A DNA stretch of 64,000 nucleotides from Octopus sinensis (lineage: Eukaryota): the NCBI RefSeq assembly GCF_006345805.1, contig NC_043017.1, positions 11,904,001 through 11,968,000 of the forward strand, written 5' to 3'. Position 1 is the stretch's first letter, and each line of letters starts with the position of its first letter. The notes beneath the pieces are model-generated. The model was not told the DNA's origin and made no database searches. It saw nothing but the letters and a program-made list of their open reading frames with translations. This document shows positions 12,587 to 24,330 of this stretch, one piece after another. The position numbers and the translations under genes are program-made.

Positions 12587-13340
12587 TTTATTATTATTAT
12601 TATTATTATATTATTATTATCATTACCATTATTATCATTATATTATTTATATATTACCATATATCATTATTATTATTATTATTATTATATTATTATTATT
12701 ATTACCAGTATTATATTTGTTATTATTTCTCATACTACTATTGTTGTCCAGACAAGGAGAAAGTCGCAGGTTTCAGGGGTTTAATTTTATATTTGACGTG
12801 GGTGGGTGGGGTGGGGTGTATGCAGTGGAAGTTTAGGGTTTCCATGTTATTTTGATTTTTCTCTCTAGCTTTGCCTTTTCGTTTCTTTCTCACTCAGATT
12901 CATCGTTCCTTTCTCTCTCTCTTCCTCCTCTTTGTCCCTTTTCTCCCTCTTTCTTACTCCTTCATTGTCTCTCTCTCTCTGTATCTCCCTCTCTTTATTC
13001 TACTCTGCTGACAATCTGTCTGTCTGTCTCTCCCTCTCTCTCTCCCTCTCCCCTCCTCTCTTCCCTCTTCCCCTCCTCTCTCTTCCTTCTCTCTCCCTCT
13101 CCATCTCCCCTCTCCCTCTCCCTCTCCCCTCCTCTCTCCCCCTCCCTCCCTCCTCCCTCCCCCTCTATCTCTGTCTTCCTCTTTCAAATTGATTAGGTTT
13201 TACTTTCAGTTGTTGGATTCTTTTCTGTAGAATCTTAGAATGAGCGTTGAACTGCTTTACTAGGTTACATTCAAGAAGGTGGTGGTGGTGGTGGTGTTGG
13301 TGGTGGTAATGGTATTGGTAGTGGTAGTGGTGACAGTGGT

Positions 13341-13808
13341 TGTGGATGCTGTGTTGCGATGGTAGTTTTGATGATGATGATGATGATCGTGCGTGGTTAT
13401 GGTGGCTGCAGTGTTTGTGTTTGTTGTGACAGTAGGGATGGTCGTGGTTGTAGTGTCGGTGGTGGTGAACATCGTGGGTCATCTGTTCCTTCCTTTTAAA
13501 AGAAGGAATAAGTTTTAGTCTTTCAGAAATTTCTTCAATGAAAACACACAAAAGAAAAAACAAACAAAAAAAACATGGATAATAAACTCTTTCTCTCTGA
13601 TCTTCGTCCTTGTTTTTGTTGTTTTTTGTTGTTATCAAACCTGCCGACAATGATGATGATGATGATGATGATGATGACAACAACGATGGTGGTGGTGGTG
13701 GTGATGATGACGACGACGATGATGATGACGACGACGATGATGATGTTAATTATGATGATGGTGGTGGCAGTGGTAGTGAAAATAAGGATGAGGATGAAAA
13801 TGATACCA

Positions 13809-13839
<31 letters not shown>

Positions 13840-14227
13840 CAACAATGGTGGTGGTGGTGGTGGTGGTGATGATGATGACAATGATGATGATGATGATGAT
13901 GACAACAACGGTGGTGGTGGTGATGATGACAATGATGATGATGACAATAACGGTGGTGGTGACGACGATGATGATGATGTTAATTATGATGATGGTGGTG
14001 GCAGTGGTAGTGAAAATAAGGATGAGGATGAAAATGATACCAATGATGATGACAATGATGATGACAATGATGATGACAATGATGATGATGATTGTGGATG
14101 CTGTGTTGGTGATGCTAGTTTTGATGATGATGATGATGATGATGATGGTGATGATGGTGCGTGGTTGTGGTGGTTGCAGTGTTTGTGTTTGTTGTGACAG
14201 TAGGGATGGTCGTGGTTGTAGTGTCGG
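13341..14227. repeat. (GAT)/(GGT) low-complexity block with nested internal duplications
   Basis: 13341-13459 is similar to 14093-14227; an inner unit of about 80 bp recurs with a 234-bp period (13745/13979). Confidence 0.85.
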
Positions 14228-14430
14228 CGATAATGCTGATGGTGTTGCTTCATTACTATCGTCGTCATCATCATCGTCATCATCATCATCAACAGTTATT
14301 TTTCAACATCGTCTTGGTCATTGTATGTATTGTTGTTGTTATTGTTATGTGATTGCGGTTGTTGTTTTTGCTGTTATTGTTTGTTATATATTATAACCTC
14401 TCTCCTTCTCCCTCTCTCACTCTCTCTCTC

Positions 14431-14464
<34 letters not shown>

Positions 14465-14589
14465 AGACAGAAAGCTTCCCTTTGAAAGACTGAAGAAAGA
14501 ATTCTAGTCAACCATATTGTTTATTTATTTGTTTATTTATTTATTTCTTCTTCAGTTTCCTTCAGTCTTGTTGTTGTTGTCGCTGCCAT

Positions 14590-14827
14590 CATCGTTTTTC
14601 TTCTTCTTCTTCTTCTTCTTCTTCTCTTCTTCTTCTTCTTCTTCTTCTTCTTCTTCTTCTTCTTCCTTCTTCTTCTTCTTCTCTTCTTCTTCTTCTCCTT
14701 CTTCTACTTATTTATATTATTATTATTATTATTATATTATTATTATTATTATTATTATTGTTATTATTATTATTATTATTATTTATTCTCTATTTTTTGT
14801 TTTGTTTTCCCCCAGAACTAAATGCAA

Positions 14828-14869
<42 letters not shown>

Positions 14870-14965
14870 TGATGATGATGTTGATGATAATAATAATAAT
14901 GATGATAATGATAATAATAATAATAATATAATAATAATAATAATAATAATAGTAATAATAATAAT
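14590..14965. repeat. (CTT)n followed by opposed (ATT)n and (AAT)n arrays
   Basis: Direct reading. Confidence 0.9.
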
Positions 14966-15434
14966 GGACACCACATCACCACAATAAATTAATCTTTGCT
15001 TTGCTTGAAAATCTTGGTATATTTTTCTCTCTTCACAGTCACCGGTATTGTGGTTGTCTTTTGTGTAACCGTTTTCCTTCCACAACTCCCCAAAGATGAT
15101 ATAGTCAAGTCCACTGATTCAAACAAGAGCCAGAGATAAAAGGTGACTATAACAGTCATTAGCTGGTATAGAAATCTTTGGCTATTGGTCTCTGTGTTAC
15201 ATTGCTGGAACTACTGTAAGATAGACAAAAGAAGAAGAAAAACGAAGAAGAGAGGAAGAAAGAGGTTATGAAAGAGTAAGAAAGAGTAAGAAAGAGAGAG
15301 TGAGAGAGAAAGAGAGAGAGAAGAGAAGAGGAAGTGAGAGAATGGTATAATTATTCCATTGTGAAAAATGTTTCCCATTTGGGCTGCTCTAAGTACCATA
15401 GTGAGTTCTCTATCCATTCATCTGTCTACCTGAA

Positions 15435-15721
<287 letters not shown>

Positions 15722-15781
15722 TAGATATAGATATACATACCTACATACATACATATATGTATATATATGTACACTCCCGTA

Positions 15782-15816
<35 letters not shown>

Positions 15817-16146
15817 ATGTTTGTCTATCATTCTGCCTCTCAACTATTCTGTCAACCAGTCTGTAGTGTGTTCTTCAGTGTATGTGTGTCACATATTCAT
15901 ACATTTTTACAAACAGATCCAAAATATTAGGTGTACGTAAACGGTAATTCAAATCGACAAAAAGATGGTGAAAATGATAAAGAACACGCACACACACACA
16001 CTCGTACACACATACATGCACACAGACAATCATACACAAACACACTCACAAACATACAAACACACACTCACCACACATCATATATACATATACACATATA
16101 TGCACACATGCATACACACATGTACATACACCTGCACATCCATGTT

Positions 16147-16181
<35 letters not shown>

Positions 16182-17477
16182 CCTTCATGTTAAGATTTTA
16201 GTTCAGAACCTCATTTCTGAGTTAAAAATACCATTGAACTTAACTTTACCATTTATACCACCACCAAAGTTAAACTACAGAAACTACAACTAATGAACTA
16301 AACAACAGAGTCTCTATATAGTCACCAAACCTACCAGAAACAGCTGTCAAGTCTCCCTCAAACCGCAGCACAATCATTGCCATTTTTAACATTCACTTTT
16401 CCCTGCTTGCATGGCTTGGACAGAATTTTGTTGAGGCAGATTTTCTCTACAGCTGGATGCCCTTCCTGTTGCCAACCCTCATCTGTTTCCAAGGGAGGAA
16501 AATTATTTCCCCATGGCCAGGCATGTTTTTGCAGATATTTGGAAATGAAGGACAGTGTCCTTGCATCATGGTGACACTTGTTTACAACTATCATGCAATA
16601 TCACACACACACACACTCATAACTGGCTTCTCTCAGTTTCCCTCTACCAAATCTACTCACAAGGCTACAGTTGGCCAAAGAGACCCTGCAGTGGAGCTGA
16701 ACCCCAAACCATATGGTTGGGAAGCAAACCTCTTATCAGTGAATTCATGTGTTGAAACAAATTTTGTTGTGTCTGGGGAGAGTCATTATGCCAATATCGT
16801 TAACACACACACTGGCTCAATTTCCACTCCTTTATTATTGGTCAATTAGTTAACTAATTTGTTAATTGGTTTCAAATGTGAATCTGGATAAAATATTGTC
16901 CAATTACAGAAGGCCTTGGAACTTCTTTCCTAAATTATGAACAGCAATGTAGGGTTCAGTTCTTGAACCTTTGAATGTTTCATCGATTATCTTTTTTGTT
17001 CTTTCTTTTCTTTTTCTCTTCCAGCTTCTGTTGTCAGAGATTTTTACTTAACCAACATTATATTCCTTTACTAAAGGGCTGTGCAAATGAAATTGGAAGT
17101 ACATTGGGCAAAAAGCTTCGGGACATTTCTTCCAACTCTTTATGTTTTCAGATCTAATTCCACTGAGGTTTATTTTACCTTTCATCCTTTCAGGGTCAAC
17201 AAAATAAATACCAGCGAAGGTCTCTAGTTGATGCAGTTGCCTTGCCGCACCCTCCTCCCTTAAAATTGCCGGCCTTGTATCAAAATTAGAAAGAGTTATA
17301 TTCTATTTTCTATTTAAAATGGTTTCAGTGATTGGACTGGTACCATGCTTGACCATTTCACTTGAAAGTTTTTTTACTTCAGTTAATCCTTATTTTACCG
17401 GTCAGTTTTAACAAATGGTTGTCAAGTTTTTACTTTCTTGACACAAACAGACATAACTCAGCAAACTGTATTTGTTG

Positions 17478-17524
<47 letters not shown>

Positions 17525-17939
17525 AACACACACTCAAACACGTGCGTACATACAGGTGTGTGTTGTGTGTGCACACATGCATGTGTGTGTGTGTGTTTGG
17601 TCATGGCTGGAAAATCTTTTGACCACAGGTCAGCTTACTGAAAGTTGACCTGGGGATAGACAACAATTGATGTCACCCTTTCTATTAATAGAAGCAGTGT
17701 AATGAGGAAATTTTTATAGATTTTAAGTGAAATAATTTCTGAATTCTTTCCAGAACTTTCTGCTGACTAATTGATTCCAATTAATATTTATTTATCTACT
17801 GATTTGTTTCTTTATTTATCTCTTTTGGTCTTTTATTGGTTCTTTACAAAACCAATAAATAAACAACAAATAAAAAAAAACATGTAAAAAAAACCCAGAA
17901 AGATATGCAAGTAGAACTAATGTAGGTGTGAATAATGTA

Positions 17940-18193
17940 TGTATATGTAGATACATCTGTATAGACATACATATATATACATATGTGTGTGTATATATAT
18001 ATATATATATACGCATGTATATACATATGTGGGTGTGAGCGTATGTGTGTGTATATATACATATATATATATATATTATATACATATGTATATATATATA
18101 TGTGGGTGTGAGTGTGTGTGTATATATATATATGGGTGTGAGTGTGTGTGTGTTGTATATATATATATATATGTATGTATATATGTATGTATG

Positions 18194-18232
<39 letters not shown>

Positions 18233-18236
18233 GTAA

Positions 18237-18269
<33 letters not shown>

Positions 18270-18360
18270 TAATATATATATATATATGCATACATACATA
18301 TACATATTCTTATAAACACACACACACACATATATATGCATGGGTGTGTGTGTGAGTGCA
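17940..18360. repeat. (TA)/(TG) compound microsatellite
   Basis: Direct reading. Confidence 0.9.
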
Positions 18361-19849
18361 TATAAGATATATACACATATATTAATGTATGTATGTATAG
18401 TTCAATTGTCTTTGTCCATTTTGTTGTGCCATGTCTCACAGTTTGCAGGCATCTCTCAAAGACGTGGCAGATTCTTCGATAAGATATGACAGTTACGACT
18501 CAAGCATCATTGTAACTCATATTTTCTTGGATCTCCTGTCAGATTCCATCGGCTCTCGGAAGAGATGTAAAATCTGCTGTTTTTATTGCTAATCAATGTC
18601 TGCAAGAATTTTATAAGTTGAGGAAAGGAAAGCAAAATAATAACAATATACACAACGATACTTATAACCTGGTGTTAGAACTTGATATGCACAGGTTCAG
18701 AATAAAGCGTTCGTCGAGTAGAGAGTGTAATGCGAAATTAGAGAAATGACAAACAAGGGATCAGGAAATTATACATAATTGCTTGTTCTCTTGTCATTAA
18801 GTGTGTGTGTGTATGTGTATGTGTGTGTGTGTATTTTAAAGGAGGTTGTTGTGTGAGGCTGCAACAATGCGGTTTACGACCGGTAACTTAGCAGTTTGGC
18901 AAAAGAAACTAATAGAGTAAGTACAAGACTTGAAAGAAAATAATAAGAACTGAAAATCAATTTGTTTGGCTTAAAATGCTTCAAGGCAGTGGCTCCAGAA
19001 TGGCCACAGCCCAGTGTCTGAAACAAAGAAAAAAATCACAATTTCCAATCAGTTTCATTTTCTTTCTCCAACTAAGAGGGAAATTTCAATTCATTCATAT
19101 ACATACATTCATGCATGCATACCATACATACACCTGCACACACATATGTATGTATATATAGATAGATATATACACATGCATATATATATCTATATATCTA
19201 TGTGTGTGCGTATTGTATATGTCATTCAGTACTTCACTCTTTTAATTTATTAGGACGAATGTGACGGCTGATTTGTTTATAACAATTGTTTTCACAGCTG
19301 GATGCTCATTTCTACTGCTAATCACTCACCTGTGATGTAGGGCGTCTAGAATATGTTTTATGTCAGCCAGTAGAACCCAGAGCAGAGACTGTCTGTCTTT
19401 CCTACCATTTCCTGATCTGCTGAACTAATGGCAGGTGCAGAGGAGACAGAGTGGTTAAGAAGCGCACCTTGCAATCAACAGTTTGGTCCCACAATGTGAT
19501 ACTTTGAGCAAGCGTATTCCCCATAGACTTGGGTCAATGGAAACCTGGTGGATGAGAATTGCAAATGAGACAGAAAACGATATAGAAGTCAATCAGATTC
19601 GTAGCTCTTCCCAAAAGATGTGGGTTCAAGTCCCTGGAGTAGCCTTTGACTTTTTTGAGGGGCAGGCATGCTTATGTAATTAAGAAGCCAGCTTGGACAA
19701 ATGTTTTCTTCTAGCCCTGAAAGGGAATTTAGTAAATGGAAACTGAGAGGAAGCCCATATCTATTTATGTACCACTGAAATACTTGGAAACAACTCAATC
19801 TAACATTTTTGAATCTATATTCCTAACAAATATAGCTTTTGTCTGTTAT

Positions 19850-20215
19850 TTGTTTCAATCATTAGATTATGGCCATGCTGGAGCAGTGCCCTGAAAAAGT
19901 TTAGTTGAATGAATTGACCCCAGAAGTTGTTTTTGTTTTTAAGCCTGGTACTTATTCTATCAGTCTCTTTTGTTGAACTGCTAAGTTACAGGAATGTAAA
20001 CAAATGAACACCAGTGGGTCAAGTGGTGGTGGACAAACACAAACACACGCACACATACATATACTTGGTGGACTTCTTTCAGTTTCCATTTTATGAAAGC
20101 CACACACAAGACGTTGATCAGCCTATGGCTATAGCAGCAGGCACTTGCCAAGGTGCCACGCAGTGGGACGGAACCCAAAACCATGTGGCTGGAAAGCAAA
20201 CTTCTTAGCTCGTAG
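19850..20215 (-). mobile_element. SINE family A, diverged copy
   Basis: gtttcaatc..ggccatgctggagca..gtacttattctat..ctttcagtttcc..cacttgccaaggtgccacgcagtgggac. Confidence 0.75.
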
Positions 20216-20409
20216 CAATGCCTGCACCTATGTATGTGTGTGTGAGTGTGTGTGTATGTATGTATGTGTATAAGGACACAGGAAAAATGTGTCAAAGCCA
20301 TCAGGAAGCATCAACGCTTCCTAGGGCTAAACAGCAGTGGTGTACCCCCCTACCGTCACGTTCGTGTTAGATTGACAGTATAGACACCATTCTATATATA
20401 CATTTATAT

Positions 20410-20450
<41 letters not shown>

Positions 20451-20453
<3 letters not shown>

Positions 20454-20635
20454 AGAGTTTACGAAAAAAACAAAAGACGAAGACAGGTAGTGTACAAAAT
20501 AACATGTATTAGTATAATGCTCAGGAATAGAAAAAGTCTTTTACGTTTTGAGCCTATGCTCTTCGACAGAAAGGGACACAGAAAAAGCAAGGAGAGAAAA
20601 AAATGTGTGTAGTGGCTAAATATCTATCATGGCAT
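20451..20635 (-). mobile_element. Short (TA)n-embedded element with degenerate hammerhead-like motif (Penelope-terminus/retrozyme-like)
   Basis: Shares architecture with 36047-36258 (gtatta..gctcagga..acgtYttgagc..gctctt on the + strand); class assignment is inference. Confidence 0.45.
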
Positions 20636-21980
20636 ATATATTTGTGTGCGTGTGTGTGTATGTATATGCAACTATACACACACACGCATGCACACACACA
20701 CAAACACATATATATATATATATATGTGAGTGTGTGTGTGTGTGTGTATAGTGTCACAATGTAATAAATAGTTATTGCTGCACATCACCAGTTTTGTTGA
20801 AGATATTAAGAGGCAAAGTCAATGAGCAGACAAAAGAACAGGAATGGAGGTGGTGGAGGTGGTGGAGGGGGAGTCAATGAAATAATCATCTGTTTACAAG
20901 TACTGGTAGGAGTGGTGGGGCGTGGGGTGTGGTACATGGGGTGGGGGTTTCTGTCAAATCGACTGTAACCCTTCCCTTGCAAATATACACATTGTGCTGC
21001 AATGTAATAAATAATTATTGCTGTACATTGTCATTTTGCAGGAGAGTATTAGGGGCAAAAGTCAATGAGCGAACAAAGTAAACCGGGGTTTAGGGGCCAG
21101 AGGAAATTCTTGTCGCATGAACTGTTGTTAGACAGAACTGAACAACATTTTACTGCACCGCACTGCATTGTACTGCACTCTGCTACATGTTCTGCTCTAA
21201 TGCCAATATTGTTACTGTAATGTAATTGTTATTATGCTGAATAGATTTCCCTTCCCCCACCCTGCACACACACGCACACATGCACACACACATGCGCGTG
21301 CACACATACGCGCACTCACACACACACGTGCACACCCACATGCACGCACACACACACGCGTGCACACATACGTGCACTCACACACACACGTGCACACATA
21401 CGCGCACTCAAACACACACGTGTGCACACATACGCGCACTCACACACACACGTGCACACACACACACACGCGTGCACACATCATTTGTATTATTGTTACT
21501 GCTGAATTAACTCTACAAGAAGCAAACTCCACCCTCTTTCTTTCTTTCTCTCTTTCTTTCTTTCTTTCTGTCAGTCAGTCTGTCAGTTCGTCTGCCTGCC
21601 TCTCTCCCTGGCTGACTTGCTGGCTGTACTACCACCACCACCACCACCACCACCACCACTACCACCACCACCACCGCAATCCCCACCATCGCTGTGCTAT
21701 TGCCATTCCCTCCACCACCATCATCCTTTGCAGCACTCATCTCTCTTCTAATGCCTTGCTTCTTATCCAGGCCGGCTCTTTTCATATTCTCTTTCTCTGA
21801 TTCTCCATTCACCGTTCTCTATGCCTCAGGCATTGAACAGAAATAATTGTTTCTAATATAAGCTCAGGGCCAGAAATTTTGGATGGAGGTTGGTTTAAGT
21901 CTATTAAGTTGAGCCCAGTACATGACTGCTATTTATTTTTTTGCACTGGTGAGATGAAAGGTAAAGTTAAATGAATAATA

Positions 21981-22083
<103 letters not shown>

Positions 22084-22085
22084 CA

Positions 22086-22296
22086 ATATAGAGGGGACAA
22101 ACATAGAGAAGAAAAACAAGAACAGACAAATGGATTAAGTCGATTACATCGACCCCAGTGCGTAACTGGTACTTAATTTATCTACCTCGAAAGGATGAAA
22201 GACAAAGTCGACGACCTCGGTGGAATTTGAACTCAGAACGTAACGGCAGACGAAATATGGCTACGCATTTCGCCCGGCGTGCTAACGGTTCTGCCA
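22086..22296 (-). mobile_element. SINE family B inside (AAT)n arrays
   Basis: Reverse complement of the 24105 copy. Confidence 0.85.
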
Positions 22297-22301
22297 ATAA
22301 C

Positions 22302-22332
<31 letters not shown>

Positions 22333-22602
22333 GTAATAATAATAATAATAACAATAATAATAATAATAATAATAATAATTAATTCTTTTTTATTGGCCAC
22401 AATAATAATAATAATGATAATAGTTTCAAATTTTGCCACAAGAGCAGCAATTTTGGGAGAGAGGATAAGTCAATTACATCGACCCCATCCCCTCCCGGCC
22501 CCAGTACTCAACTGGTACTTATATTATCAACCCCAGGCTGGTTCTCTAGATTAACCATAGGACAAGCGATTTGGTGTGCTGTTGGAGTTTTCCTTTTTGT
22601 AT

Positions 22603-22834
22603 CTATTTCTTTATTACCCACAAGGGGCTAAACATAGATGGGACAAACAAGGACATATATAGGTATTAAGTCGATTCCATCGACCCTAGTGTGTAACTGG
22701 TACTTAATTTATCGACCCCAAAAGGATGAAAGGCAAAGTCGACCTCAGCGGAATTTGAACTCACAGCGTAATGACAGACGAAATACGGCTACGCATTTCT
22801 CCCGGCGTGCAAACGTTTCTGCCAGCTCACCGCC
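22603..22834 (-). mobile_element. SINE family B, full length
   Basis: Reverse complement of the 24105 copy. Confidence 0.85.
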
Positions 22835-23284
22835 TTTTCCTTTTTGTATCATAAGACTTATTTGTGTTACATTAAAATTATTAGTATTGAGTCTTGTACT
22901 GTGGCAGATGTAGAGACAGTTGTTGTCTCTACATCTGCCATTAATACCATTCTGGTTACTTTAACCTTGCCATTACAGCATTGTTCATCGTTAGTTATCA
23001 CCAATAGTGCCTTGATCTATATCATTGTGGCTACCCTTTGTAACCATGGCAACAGTGTAACCGTTATTTAGTTAAGACTGCCATCTTTGCTCCTGCTACT
23101 GTTCTCTGTCACATGATTTTGTAAATGTACAATCTGGTGTGTTTATTTTAATGGCCTACCAATGTATACAGTGTGTTTCTCTGCCCTGGGTATCAGGAAG
23201 ACACTCGGCAAGAAATGGAAACAGAATTGAAAGATGATGACAACAACAACAACAATAATAATAATGATAATAATAATAATTTTT

Positions 23285-23514
23285 ATTTCTTTAATGCCCA
23301 CACGGGACTAAACATAGAGGGGACAAACAAGGACAGACAAAGGGATTAAGCTGATTACATCGACCCCAGTGCATAACTGGTACTTATTTAATTGACCCCA
23401 AAAGGATGAAAGGCAAAGTCGACCTCGGTGGAATTTGAACTCAGAACATAACGGCAGCTGAAATACGCCTACGCATTTCGTCTGGCATGCAAACGTTTCT
23501 GCCAGCTCGCCACC
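23285..23514 (-). mobile_element. SINE family B, full length
   Basis: Reverse complement of the 24105 copy; (AAT)n flanks. Confidence 0.85.
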
Positions 23515-23529
23515 ATGATAATAATAATC

Positions 23530-23940
23530 TTTTCTACTCTAAGCACAAGGCCTGAAGTTTTTAGGGAGAGGGCCAGTCAATTAGATCAACCCCAGTATGC
23601 AACTGGTACTTAATTTATTGACCTCAAAAGTATGAAAGGCTCAGTCAGCCTCAGCAGTATTTGAACTCAGAATGTGAAGACGGACAGCATACCACAAACC
23701 ATTTTGTCTGGCATGCTAACAATTCTGCCAGCTCACTCAAGTTTTGGTACAAGGCCAACATGTTCGGATGAGGGATTAAGTCAATTACACCAACCCCAGT
23801 ATGTAACTGGTACTTATTTTATCAACCCCCCTGAAAGGATAAAAGGCAAAGTCGACCTCAGCAGAATTTGAACTCGGAACATAAAGGTGGATGAAATGCT
23901 GCTAAGAATTTTGGCTGGTTTTGCTAAAGATTCCACCAGC
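23530..23940 (-). mobile_element. Two tandem family B copies with an alternative 3' tail (B')
   Basis: Same head and core as B, but the tail reads cacaaggcc..ttt(a)ggga on the + strand; this tail is also seen near 21860, 22430, 27355 and 50245. Confidence 0.7.
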
Positions 23941-24104
23941 TTACCATTCTAAATTACCAATGGTTAATGGGGGGAAAAAAGGGGGAAAACAGGCTAGAAA
24001 TGGGAAAGAGTTAGTGGAAACAGGAGAGTTAAAAGAATGGGACAACATATAAGAAAATAAAAGAGATGAAAGTAAAGTCATTGCTGCAATGATAGTTATT
24101 GTCA

Positions 24105-24330
24105 GCGAGCTGGCAGAATCGTTAGCATGCCAGGCAAAATGCTTTGCGGTATTTCGTCTGCCGCTACATTCTGAGTTCAAATTCCGTCGAGGTCACTTTG
24201 CCTTTCATCCTTTCGGGGTCGATAAATTAAGTACCAGTTACGCACTGGGGTCAATATAGTCGACTTAATCCGTTTGTCTGTCCTTGTTTGTCCCCTCTGT
24301 GTTTAGCCCCTTATGGGTAGTAAAGAAATA
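24105..24330 (+). mobile_element. SINE family B, full length, with 17-bp target-site duplication
   Basis: gatagttattgtcagcg occurs at 24091-24107 and 24331-24347. Confidence 0.9.

Noticed and set aside
13165-13683. His-rich minus-strand ORF with exon-like edges
   Set aside because: Its His-rich core is the low-complexity segment duplicated at 14093-14227, and the donor is weak
13610-14197. Asp/Gly/Asn-rich ORF resembling acidic biomineralisation proteins
   Set aside because: TTG start, open in several frames, same composition as neighbouring non-coding (GAT)n tracts; would need transcript or peptide evidence
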